This document shows positions 40,422 to 47,665 of a stretch of 64,000 bases of DNA, piece by piece; positions within the stretch are counted from its first letter, which is position 1, and each line of letters begins with the position of its first letter. Location: IMG/VR virus record IMGVR_UViG_3300036766_000889; one strand, 5' to 3'. The stretch is from a virus. The notes below the pieces were generated by a model that saw only the letters and a list, made by a program, of their open reading frames with translations, did no database searches and had not been told where the DNA came from. Position numbers and translations under genes: made by a program.

Positions 40422-41372
40422 TTATCGAGGCGGCGGGCGAAATCGCGGGTTTACGGATACGTTTGTTCGGTCAATGATCGGTGGTTCAACAGGTTCTTTT
40501 GAAGCCGGTCGATCAATGACGTCCTGACGAATAGGTGGTTCAATGGCAGGGGTACTTTTAGGGGCCGGGGCCGGTTCACCAGGCTGAGGAAACGACTGTT
40601 CAATTTCAGCCGCTTCACGAGCACGTTGAGCAGCTGCACCACTAGGAACCGGTGATTCTGTCGGGACCGTGGGAGCTGTCGGGACCGTGGGAGCTGCCTG
40701 GGCTTTACGTGCTTCAAGATGCTGAGCAACACGCCTGTTTTGTTCAACTATAGCGAACGGGTCAAATGCGTCTTCAGGTGATTCTTCGTCATCCTGGTTA
40801 TCCTGGTCGGGTTCTTGGTCGGGTTCTCGATCATCATCTGGGATGCCCGTCCCTTCGACCAATGGAGGCATATTCAGTTGTTCTCTAATTTCGTAAACTC
40901 TGACCTGAAGTTCAGCAAGTTCTTCGCGAATATCTTTAGCATTCTCAAATTTAACGTCTCTAAGATTTTCCTTCTGGAATGTTTCCATCAGGTCAGCGTA
41001 GACCAAGAAAACGTCGTCTACAAACTGGGCACCCCACGTTCCGAGCTTATAGTATAGATATCTATCGAGAGTTGTTTTTACTGTCTTGCCGTCTTTCCCG
41101 GAAACTGGGAAAACGGCAGAGCCATTTCGGTATTGGCAGAGATCAATCTCTCCGATGCCAACGATGGCGTGGGATAACGTCGTGCGTTTGGACTCACTAA
41201 CAATATTTGCACCAAGATCCATCTTGGTGACGATGTCAGCTACTTTTTCTTGTCCAATAAGTTGTAGGGGAGAGATCCAAAGTTCTATGCCCCCGATAGT
41301 CTTTCTCCAAACAACGTCGGAGCCGACATTTGATAAGGCGGCATCCAGTTCGGCAATAAAATCTTGGTCCAT
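40422..41372 (-). CDS. Probable tail assembly chaperone with acidic/Pro-rich tail (316 aa)
   Basis: Position between the tube and tape measure genes. Confidence 0.5.
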   Translation of the reverse strand: MDQDFIAELDAALSNVGSDVVWRKTIGGIELWISPLQLIGQEKVADIVTKMDLGANIVSESKRTTLSHAIVGIGEIDLCQYRNGSAVFPVSGKDGKTVKTTLDRYLYYKLGTWGAQFVDDVFLVYADLMETFQKENLRDVKFENAKDIREELAELQVRVYEIREQLNMPPLVEGTGIPDDDREPDQEPDQDNQDDEESPEDAFDPFAIVEQNRRVAQHLEARKAQAAPTVPTAPTVPTESPVPSGAAAQRAREAAEIEQSFPQPGEPAPAPKSTPAIEPPIRQDVIDRPASKEPVEPPIIDRTNVSVNPRFRPPPR

Positions 41373-41388
41373 TGCCGAACACTACCGT

Positions 41389-41547
41389 TTACACAGCTTC
41401 CGAACGTTGTTCAATTTCAGAAATTCGAGCTTTCTTCTCTTGGCGCGTCTGGTTGTTCAGCTTGCCTTTAGAACCATTGCCTTTATGTGGCTTACACATC
41501 AGGCAACCCGCCCGCCGCGATTTCTTTCTGCCTCGTTTGTGATGCAC
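41389..41547 (-). CDS. Small basic CxxCxxH protein (52 aa, GTG start)
   Basis: GGAGG RBS before GTG at 41547; HHKRGRKKSRRAGCLMCKPHKGNG. Confidence 0.6.
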   Translation of the reverse strand: MHHKRGRKKSRRAGCLMCKPHKGNGSKGKLNNQTRQEKKARISEIEQRSEAV

Positions 41548-41897
41548 TGAGTTATCCTCCCCCGTGCGACCGGCGCTACCGGCCTGACGGGGGTGGCACC
41601 CAAGCAACGTCGAGCGTAAAGCCGCCAACGTACTGCTTCAGGCACACGGGGCGCGCAAACTCGCGCTGGCTTTCGAAATTCCGGTCTTCGCCAACGAGCA
41701 GGCCGTGTCCCAGGTGGAGTTTTCGGCTCCAGGCTGTACGGATACTCGGGTTCTAAACTAGATTCATAACCAACGGGTATATTATAAATGACATTTGAAC
41801 CCGTGCTATTCGTGCTATTCGTAATGTGTATGACATATGGCGAATGACCATATGTCATAATCGTAGTCAAACCGGGATCATTAGGCCACACTGCCAT
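41499..41897 (-). CDS. Hypothetical protein with Arg-rich C-terminus (132 aa)
   Basis: ORF fills the gap after the Pth gene; no recognisable family. Confidence 0.4.
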   Translation of the reverse strand: MAVWPNDPGLTTIMTYGHSPYVIHITNSTNSTGSNVIYNIPVGYESSLEPEYPYSLEPKTPPGTRPARWRRPEFRKPARVCAPRVPEAVRWRLYARRCLGATPVRPVAPVARGRITQCITNEAERNRGGRVA

Positions 41898-41925
41898 GAT
41901 TTCACTTTACAACAAAAGTGAAATC
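41898..41925. other. 11-bp inverted repeat downstream of the Pth gene (possible terminator, processing hairpin or operator)
   Basis: GATTTCACTTT-acaaca-AAAGTGAAATC. Confidence 0.5.
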
Positions 41926-41932
41926 GAGTCAA

Positions 41933-42238
41933 TTAACCAACTAACTGAAGAGTCTTCACAAGCTTACGTGCAGAACAACCAGGTCCAAGCGCAACAGCTG
42001 TAAGGGCGTTCTGAAGGTCGGGTTCAAAATTTAACGCAATTGGTATGAGAGCATCATTGGCAGCCTTAGCTAGGCCCCAAATATCAGGAGATTTGAGCAA
42101 TACAAGTGTTTTGGAGTCAGCATACCAACTTCGTTCGAGCTCTGGATAACCCTCCTGGAATTCACGCATTGCGTGGCATGCTTGCGCAGCTTGTAAACCA
42201 ACAGGAAGGTCATCTCGAACTATTACATAAAGTTTCAT
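41933..42238 (-). CDS. pth2: Peptidyl-tRNA hydrolase, Pth2/PTRHD1-like
   Basis: KLYVIVRDDLPVGLQAAQACHA...W...KTLVLLK...EPDLQNALTAVALGP...LQL are PTH2-superfamily motifs. Confidence 0.85.
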   Translation of the reverse strand: MKLYVIVRDDLPVGLQAAQACHAMREFQEGYPELERSWYADSKTLVLLKSPDIWGLAKAANDALIPIALNFEPDLQNALTAVALGPGCSARKLVKTLQLVG

Positions 42239-42606
42239 GGTTTGGTCTCCTGTTGTAGATCACCCGATGAGTCAAATAGTGCTTCCGCAGGCGTGGCTCC
42301 ATAACTAGAGTGCAGAAATCGTCGTTCGGACTCATGTTGAATGAATCGACGACGATATCTCAAAGAATCGATGGCACCGGTATGTAACTCGATTAACCAG
42401 TTTAAATGCATATGGTCCAGTGTACGCAGCCAGACCTCATAATCCCCGGCACCACCAAAACTACGAGGTTTATCTTTAGACCAGAGTTTACGCAAGGAAT
42501 AACTTTTCATCGGCACAGCTTGAAAAATTAATTTATTGAGACGGATTATTTCTTCTTTGAGCTGTTGGATAACTTGAGTTTGAAGCTCATTTGATTCTTG
42601 AACCAT
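42235..42606 (-). CDS. Hypothetical protein (123 aa, MVQESNELQ...), coupled to pth2
   Basis: AGGAGAG RBS before ATG 42606; ATGA overlap with pth2; the upstream extension in the ORF track runs through the RNA array. Confidence 0.7.
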   Translation of the reverse strand: MVQESNELQTQVIQQLKEEIIRLNKLIFQAVPMKSYSLRKLWSKDKPRSFGGAGDYEVWLRTLDHMHLNWLIELHTGAIDSLRYRRRFIQHESERRFLHSSYGATPAEALFDSSGDLQQETKP

Positions 42607-42626
42607 GTTCTCTCCTATAATAGACA

Positions 42627-42709
42627 TGGTCCAGCGGGGACGAGTCGAACGTCCGTCTTGCCGTTGCCTTGCGGCACGGGCATGTCCTGCCTTTTTGGAC
42701 GACCGCCAG
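42627..42709 (-). ncRNA. tRNA-like RNA 4: extended anticodon arm capped by GCAA; G3.U70, A73, encoded CCA
   Basis: CTGGCGG TC GTCC AAAAAGGCA GGAC A TGCC CG TGCC GCAA GGCA AC GGCA AGAC GGACG TTCGACT CGTCC CCGCTGG A CCA. Confidence 0.8.
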
Positions 42710-42713
42710 ATGA

Positions 42714-42788
42714 TGGCGGGGCTGCTTGGAGTTAAACCAAGAGTCTTCGGGCTTTCGACCCGTCGCTCTATCGTTGAGCTACAACCCC
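42714..42788 (-). tRNA. tRNA-like RNA 3 (nominal GAA anticodon but C33, folds as C-GAAA-G tetraloop); encoded CCA
   Basis: GGGGTTG TA GCTC AACGATA GAGC G ACGGG TCGAAAG CCCGA AGACT CTTGG TTTAACT CCAAG CAGCCCC G CCA. Confidence 0.75.
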
Positions 42789-42789
42789 G

Positions 42790-42831
42790 TGGCGGGGCTC
42801 CGGAGACACCCGAAGGCGTCTCAAGAGCCCC
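42790..42831 (-). ncRNA. CCA-ended minihelix hairpin with cUUCGg loop
   Basis: GGGGCTCTTGAGACGCC TTCG GGTGTCTCCGGAGCCCC G CCA (17-bp stem, one mismatch). Confidence 0.7.
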
Positions 42832-42832
42832 A

Positions 42833-42917
42833 TAGCGCGCAGGGCTGGTACCGCCCCAACTACCTCCCTGGAAGCCCTTACGGACCCCAGGGCGCTCTAC
42901 TAGTGAGCTACCTGCGC
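42833..42917 (-). ncRNA. tRNA-like RNA 2: 11-bp anticodon arm capped by GUAA; non-canonical T-loop
   Basis: GCGCAGG TA GCTC ACTAGTA GAGC G CCCTGG GGTCC GTAA GGGCT T CCAGGG AGGTA GTTGG GGCGGTA CCAGC CCTGCGC G CTA. Confidence 0.75.
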
Positions 42918-42928
42918 AAAGTTGAAAG

Positions 42929-43002
42929 CGCGCTCGGAGGGAGTCGAACCCACAGCCGCCCCGATCATTAATCGGGTAGCTCAACCGTTGAGCTTCAAGC
43001 GC
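42929..43002 (-). tRNA. tRNA-like RNA 1 (atypical; nominal AAU anticodon, A8, no encoded CCA)
   Basis: GCGCTTG AA GCTC AACGGTT GAGC TA CCCGA TTAATGA TCGGG GCGGCT GTGGG TTCGACT CCCTC CGAGCGC G. Confidence 0.7.
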
Positions 43003-43012
43003 AATACTGAAA

Positions 43013-43116
43013 GTGGTCAGTGCCCTCGCTGGGCCTTTTGGCGCGAGGTATTGAACTAATCCCCTGAAAGGGAGCGCCTTCCCGGCGCAACGGTCAATGC
43101 GAGCTGATCACGGACC
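43013..43116 (-). ncRNA. Structured multi-hairpin leader RNA of the array
   Basis: Ends can pair (GTGATCAG/CTGACCAC); internal hairpins GCGCC-GGGAA-GGCGC, TCCCT-TTC-AGGGGA and CCTCGC...GCGAGG. Confidence 0.5.
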
Positions 43117-43117
43117 A

Positions 43118-43146
43118 AACATAACACTGAAATTTTCAAAGCGCAA
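43118..43146 (-). promoter_or_regulatory. Sigma70-like promoter for the tRNA-like array
   Basis: TTGCGC - 17 bp - TATGTT with an extended -10 TG. Confidence 0.55.
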
Positions 43147-43158
43147 GTATTTCAAATA

Positions 43159-43190
43159 CAAGTGAGGCCACGAAATCGTGGCCTCACTTG
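43159..43190 (-). terminator. Perfect 14-bp hairpin after the tail tube gene (probable intrinsic terminator)
   Basis: CAAGTGAGGCCACG-aaat-CGTGGCCTCACTTG followed by TATTT on the minus strand. Confidence 0.75.
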
Positions 43191-43209
43191 ATACTAAACG
43201 TTTGTTCAA

Positions 43210-43905
43210 CTAAAAGCCGTTTGCGGATCCACCGGTCGCTGTATATAGTCTTGAACCAGCGCCCGGTTGAGTGATCGGATTGTTTCCTGAATCCAGGAAA
43301 TCACCGTACGAATCAGAAGAGTTCCCATAGAAACTAGTACCATCAGTAACATCAGTACAGCTTGCGGAAGCGTCTTCAGCAACGATAGCAGAATCCGACG
43401 GGAACGAAATCGAGACTGACTGGAGCCAACACGCTTCGAAATACGTGATCAAAGCAAGCTGACCGTCAACTCCGAGAGTCTGGTTAAGGACCATGGCCGA
43501 GGCATCCAAGGCTTGAACGAGTTCCGAAAAAACAAGTTCAGAACGAAGGTCAAACGGCCACTTATGCTGACGAAGTGAACGAACAAGACCGTCAACACCG
43601 GCCCGGTATCCAACTTCCTGTGCAATGCCAGCGGTATACAAAAGTGTACGGTTAAGCGTCAAGCTCATCGGCTCTGTAACGCCAGGCACGAGCTCTTGAA
43701 TCTTATCGCCGAAACCAACACCACGCACTGGGTCAACCGCACGATTTTCACTATAATCAAATGTAGACAACACTCCCACTTGTTTTAATGATGGAGTCTG
43801 AGTAGTAAATGGTGTTGAGAAGACCCGGTTCTTTTGGCTGATGGCTACGCGCGTATTCGGTGAACTGCCTTTGCGATAAATGTAAGTATCACTGTTTCCT
43901 CGCAT
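43210..43905 (-). CDS. Tail tube protein
   Basis: VRGVGFGDKIQELVPG...LTLNRTLLY...ITYFEACWLQSVSISF matches contractile tube proteins; GAGG RBS; own terminator. Confidence 0.75.
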   Translation of the reverse strand: MRGNSDTYIYRKGSSPNTRVAISQKNRVFSTPFTTQTPSLKQVGVLSTFDYSENRAVDPVRGVGFGDKIQELVPGVTEPMSLTLNRTLLYTAGIAQEVGYRAGVDGLVRSLRQHKWPFDLRSELVFSELVQALDASAMVLNQTLGVDGQLALITYFEACWLQSVSISFPSDSAIVAEDASASCTDVTDGTSFYGNSSDSYGDFLDSGNNPITQPGAGSRLYTATGGSANGF

Positions 43906-44039
43906 TTTAGACCTCGCTTAAAATCCTAATACACATTGTTTTAGTGTAAAATCAAGTGTAGTAGAACGACAAACCACTACTTGACACTTCTAATTTCAAA
44001 ATCAATAAACAGTGTAATAGTTGATTTAAGTATAAATAT

Positions 44040-45791
44040 ATGAGATCAGAAGTGCAAAAACAAACAAGACAAGAGCAAAATAAAGTTAATTCTATTCAGT
44101 ATACTGAATACTATGACAAAAATTTAGGTAAACTAACAACATGCGAAAAATGCAGTCAAGAATATGAGTTAAAATACTTTGTTAAAAACTACTCATTCAG
44201 AAATGTATGTAAAAATTGCCATGCTTTACAAATAAAAAAATGGAGACAGACGAAACCGGGATTAGCTCAAAAGGCTAGATTTCGTTCCTTTCGAACATCA
44301 GCAGACTTCATAAAATCGTTTAAATTGGGTAAAAGTTGCACAGTATGTAATAAAGAATATCCGCCATGTGCAATGGATTTTAACCATCAGGATAAATATA
44401 CCAAATTAGATTCAATCTCAGGTTTATACGGGAAATCAAAAAAGAGAATAAGAGATGAAATTGAAAAATGTGAATTAATTTGTGCAAATTGTCATAGGGA
44501 TATAACTCAGACTCAGTTAGAAACTGTTCCGACTAGTAAAAATAGAATATATAAACCAGAATTGGTAGATACCAACATATCAATTGGAAGTGAAACAAAA
44601 TTTTGCATTAAATGTGAACAAAAAAAACACGTTGAAGATTTCACTTTGTTGAAAATAGGAAAAAGACATTCATATTGCAAGAAGTGTTTGAGAGAATATA
44701 ACAAAAATTTGCAAAGACCTGATAAATTTTCAAAATCAGAGAGATTGATAATATTATTAAAGGACAATAAAACATGTGCCGACTGTGGTGTTCAGTATAG
44801 ATACTGGGTTATGGACTTTGATCATATTTCAGATGACAAATTTGATAGTATAAACAAATTACGAAATAAAAATACTGAAACCGTAGTACATGAAATAAAC
44901 AAATGTGAATTGGTTTGTGCAAACTGCCATAAAATAAGAACTCATAGAAAAAAACTTTCAAAAGATAACAATGGTATTTATTGTCCATGTATAGATCATG
45001 GTAATGACTCATATGATTTATTAAATTTTGTGAAGTCTCTAAGTACAGAAGCGAAATTAGAAACAATAAATGACATTCAATTTGTCACAACAGAACAGGC
45101 AAAGGTATCCATACTTAAATTTGAAACAAACAATAAAAATGTTTTGAAAAGTATAAATGATGATAAAGCGATATTAATTTTTGAAGACGAATGGCGAGAA
45201 AACCAGCACAAAGTTAAAAATCTGTTAATAAATCGATTCAAGTCATACCAACAACAGAAGAAACTTCGACCGTCTCAGTGCAAAATCAGAACGATAAATC
45301 ATCAAGATGCCGATAAATTTCTCAATATACATCACTATATAGGAGCGTGTAAACCACACGTAAGTTACGGCGTTTTTTATTCAGACCGATTGATTTGCGT
45401 AATGAGTTTCAAAACGCCAACCAGACAATCTAGTCATCCGTGGGAATTAGTCAGAATGGTATCAGATCCAGAGTTCCGTGTTCATGGAATTTGGTCAAAA
45501 CTTCTTCAACAATTTATTCAAGAAAAAAACCCAGATTCAATTGTTAGTTTTTCTGACAACAGACTTTTTCCGGGTGCGGTTTATCAAGCGATCGGGTTCT
45601 TATTCGATGGAACAATCGTACCTGATTACTACTGGGTAAAAAACAAGAAAAGATTCCATAAATCAGGACTTCGTAAATCAAAACAGGAGAAACTAAGTAA
45701 TTTAACTGAAACGGAACTTAGAGAAGCCCAAGGATATAGGAAAATTTGGGACCTCGGGAAAAAAAGATGGGTATATCGGACCACCAAATAG
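44040..45791 (+). CDS. Composite homing endonuclease: tandem HNH/Zn units plus Hef-like (FEDEW and GNAT/Mom-like) C-terminus
   Basis: MDFNH...KCELICANCH twice; IFEDEW; FLNIHHYIG...WELVRM...SFSDNR...YQAIGF...KIWDLGKKRW; strongly AT-rich. Confidence 0.75.
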   Translation: MRSEVQKQTRQEQNKVNSIQYTEYYDKNLGKLTTCEKCSQEYELKYFVKNYSFRNVCKNCHALQIKKWRQTKPGLAQKARFRSFRTSADFIKSFKLGKSCTVCNKEYPPCAMDFNHQDKYTKLDSISGLYGKSKKRIRDEIEKCELICANCHRDITQTQLETVPTSKNRIYKPELVDTNISIGSETKFCIKCEQKKHVEDFTLLKIGKRHSYCKKCLREYNKNLQRPDKFSKSERLIILLKDNKTCADCGVQYRYWVMDFDHISDDKFDSINKLRNKNTETVVHEINKCELVCANCHKIRTHRKKLSKDNNGIYCPCIDHGNDSYDLLNFVKSLSTEAKLETINDIQFVTTEQAKVSILKFETNNKNVLKSINDDKAILIFEDEWRENQHKVKNLLINRFKSYQQQKKLRPSQCKIRTINHQDADKFLNIHHYIGACKPHVSYGVFYSDRLICVMSFKTPTRQSSHPWELVRMVSDPEFRVHGIWSKLLQQFIQEKNPDSIVSFSDNRLFPGAVYQAIGFLFDGTIVPDYYWVKNKKRFHKSGLRKSKQEKLSNLTETELREAQGYRKIWDLGKKRWVYRTTK

Positions 45792-46069
45792 AACGTGCAA
45801 AGACTGCGGCCCGTAGGCGTTTTGAAGCTCGCGACCTTCTCGAGCGTATAAAGTCAGGTCCATGTCAAGATTGCGGAAACGATAATCTAATGTCTTGTCA
45901 AAAAGACTTGATTAGACCCAGTGGTGAGACGGCTCAACTCTCAAAACGCCTCTTGATGTCTCAGTCTCGTATGATTGAAGAAGCTTCTAAGTGTCTCCTG
46001 GTGTGCGCAAACTGTGGAAGACTCAGAATATGGAAAAAACATAGAGCTAGTCGCGCCGGGTTGACCTGA
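45746..46069 (+). CDS. Degenerate HNH-like Zn-finger protein
   Basis: PCQDCG...EEASKCLLVCANC. Confidence 0.55.
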   Translation: MGPREKKMGISDHQIERAKTAARRRFEARDLLERIKSGPCQDCGNDNLMSCQKDLIRPSGETAQLSKRLLMSQSRMIEEASKCLLVCANCGRLRIWKKHRASRAGLT

Positions 46070-46373
46070 TGAACATCGATATGGTAATATACCATAAGAT
46101 AAAATCTTCAAAAGTTTATACGAAGAGACATATAGGAAGAATTAAAAAGGGACTGGTCAAGTGTAAATTAACGTGTTATAATGTGTGAAATCATTCTCAA
46201 GCTCTGAAAACTCGAGCATTCTCAAAATCCATACTCCCGGCAAATTAATACGGGATTACATACCAGTTTTTGAATCGATAGCATTTGCGTTATTCAACCA
46301 ACTTACCGGTTGACTCACCCATTCGAATTTAGTTTCAGGAAAACCAAACACCATTAAACAACTTGAGAGAACT

Positions 46374-46982
46374 ATGAACGATAATATTGCAGAAATCGCG
46401 GAAACATCGGAAACGACAGGGTCATCGATAAGCCGAGCTGGCGATGTAGATTTACTTGATGAAGAGGAGTTGTTACTTGAACTGATACGAAGCATTGTAC
46501 TAAAACCTCAGAGCGTGACGGTTGAAACAGAACGAAGTACGGATAGAACGGTGTTAACGATAACCGTAGACCCGTCAGATCGAGGCCATGTGATTGGTCG
46601 TGATCGTCGAACCATAGATGCCATCATCCATCTGTTTACAAAGTCTGCAACTCTTCTAGAAGGGCGAAGAGTTCTCATTCGTTTGACGGGTGCAGACATA
46701 TATATGAGGAGCAACAAGCCCGACAATAGGCAGCAGCAGCCGTACGACAACAGGCAGCAGCCGTACGACAACAGGCAGCCGTACGACAACAGGCAACAGC
46801 AGCAGCCGTACGATAACAGGCAGCCGTACGATAACAGGCCGTACGATAACAGGCAGCCGCAGCCGTACGACAACAGGTACGACAACAGGCAGCCACGACA
46901 ATACGACGACAGGCAACCTGATAACAGACAGCGCACCGTTCGTCGAACGTCTACGAATTCAGGACCGCAACGAAACCGTTGA
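46374..46982 (+). CDS. khpA: KhpA/YlqC-like KH-domain protein with C-terminal (QPYDNR)n low-complexity tail
   Basis: LIRSIVLKPQSVTV...LTITVDPSDRGHVIGRDRRTIDAI...RRVLIRL follows the KhpA pattern; GGAG-like RBS (GAGAG). Confidence 0.75.
   Translation: MNDNIAEIAETSETTGSSISRAGDVDLLDEEELLLELIRSIVLKPQSVTVETERSTDRTVLTITVDPSDRGHVIGRDRRTIDAIIHLFTKSATLLEGRRVLIRLTGADIYMRSNKPDNRQQQPYDNRQQPYDNRQPYDNRQQQQPYDNRQPYDNRPYDNRQPQPYDNRYDNRQPRQYDDRQPDNRQRTVRRTSTNSGPQRNR
46719..46930 (+). repeat. Tandem 15-27 bp coding repeat (ccgtacgacaacaggcag)
   Basis: About 10 DNR-containing units. Confidence 0.9.
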
Positions 46983-46995
46983 TCGTAATAGGTTC

Positions 46996-47026
46996 AAGCC
47001 TCATGGGTGTCATACCCGTGAGGCTT
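46996..47026. terminator. Intrinsic terminator between convergent genes
   Basis: AAGCCTCATGGGT-gtcat-ACCCGTGAGGCTT followed by a T-rich tract. Confidence 0.75.
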
Positions 47027-47046
47027 TCCTTTGTTTACAGTTCGGT

Positions 47047-47658
47047 CTAAACGAGAGTCTTAATAACTGGTCCTTTTCGAACCAGTTCAAACTCTATTTT
47101 GATTTCAGATACATTCCCACTGGGGTCAGCTTCGTTTAGAATGGCTGAAATCGTATTAGTTTGGTCGTCTAGTCGGATAATGAAGTCATTCGCAGTGCTC
47201 AAAAGATCATCACTGCCTTTAAGATGATTCACTGATCTAATAATTTCGTTTACTATTTGACTCTCTGAATAACCACTATAAGCTGGTCCAACTGCGGCCA
47301 AAATTTTCTTCAGGTCTCGGGCGACAAGTGCGCGGTCAGGATTACTCGAAGCGTCGATCTTAACTAATTTACGCTGTCCGAAATCGTGTCTGAAATCTCG
47401 AATGCCAAGACCAAAAGTATTGCCGTTTGACTTCAATTTATCTAGTGCGCTTTTCGCAGCACTAATGTAGTCTTGTCCTTCAGTTTGAACATAGATACTT
47501 TCAGTTCCCTCAGTCTGCACGTCAAGGCCCGCTTCACGGAATGCCTCGGCCATACTTTTTACTTGAGTAGGACCAGTATGAACGCGGAAGACATACTGAT
47601 AAACATCGTGACTCAGTTTATCAGCGGCAATTCTAGCGGCTATTCTCAAGAAGTCCAT
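47047..47658 (-). CDS. Leader-family protein (MDFLRIAARIAA; internal NPDRALVARDLKKILA)
   Basis: Shares both leader motifs with neighbouring genes. Confidence 0.7.
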   Translation of the reverse strand: MDFLRIAARIAADKLSHDVYQYVFRVHTGPTQVKSMAEAFREAGLDVQTEGTESIYVQTEGQDYISAAKSALDKLKSNGNTFGLGIRDFRHDFGQRKLVKIDASSNPDRALVARDLKKILAAVGPAYSGYSESQIVNEIIRSVNHLKGSDDLLSTANDFIIRLDDQTNTISAILNEADPSGNVSEIKIEFELVRKGPVIKTLV

Positions 47659-47665
47659 GATTGAT

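Noticed and set aside
40319-40430. Programmed frameshift between the two putative tail chaperones
   Set aside because: The genes are ~100 nt apart, the second has its own RBS (AGGGGGA), and no convincing slippery site was seen.
42607-42984. N-terminal half of the 249-aa ORF and the overlapping + strand ORFs (42605..42835, 42726..42971)
   Set aside because: These are chance open frames through the GC-rich RNA array; a clear RBS supports the start at 42606.
42627-43002. Ordinary phage tRNA cluster (Phe-GAA, Ile-AAU) or intron-containing tRNAs
   Set aside because: Anticodon arms are extended or tetraloop-capped, conserved U8/U33/GG/TTC positions are altered, and the extra sequence is far too short for a self-splicing intron.
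46719-46930. CRISPR-like array
   Set aside because: Tandem in-frame coding repeats without unique spacers; no cas genes.
46508-46936. Cys/Leu/Val-rich minus-strand ORFs
   Set aside because: Shadow frames of the QPYDNR repeat in the KH gene.
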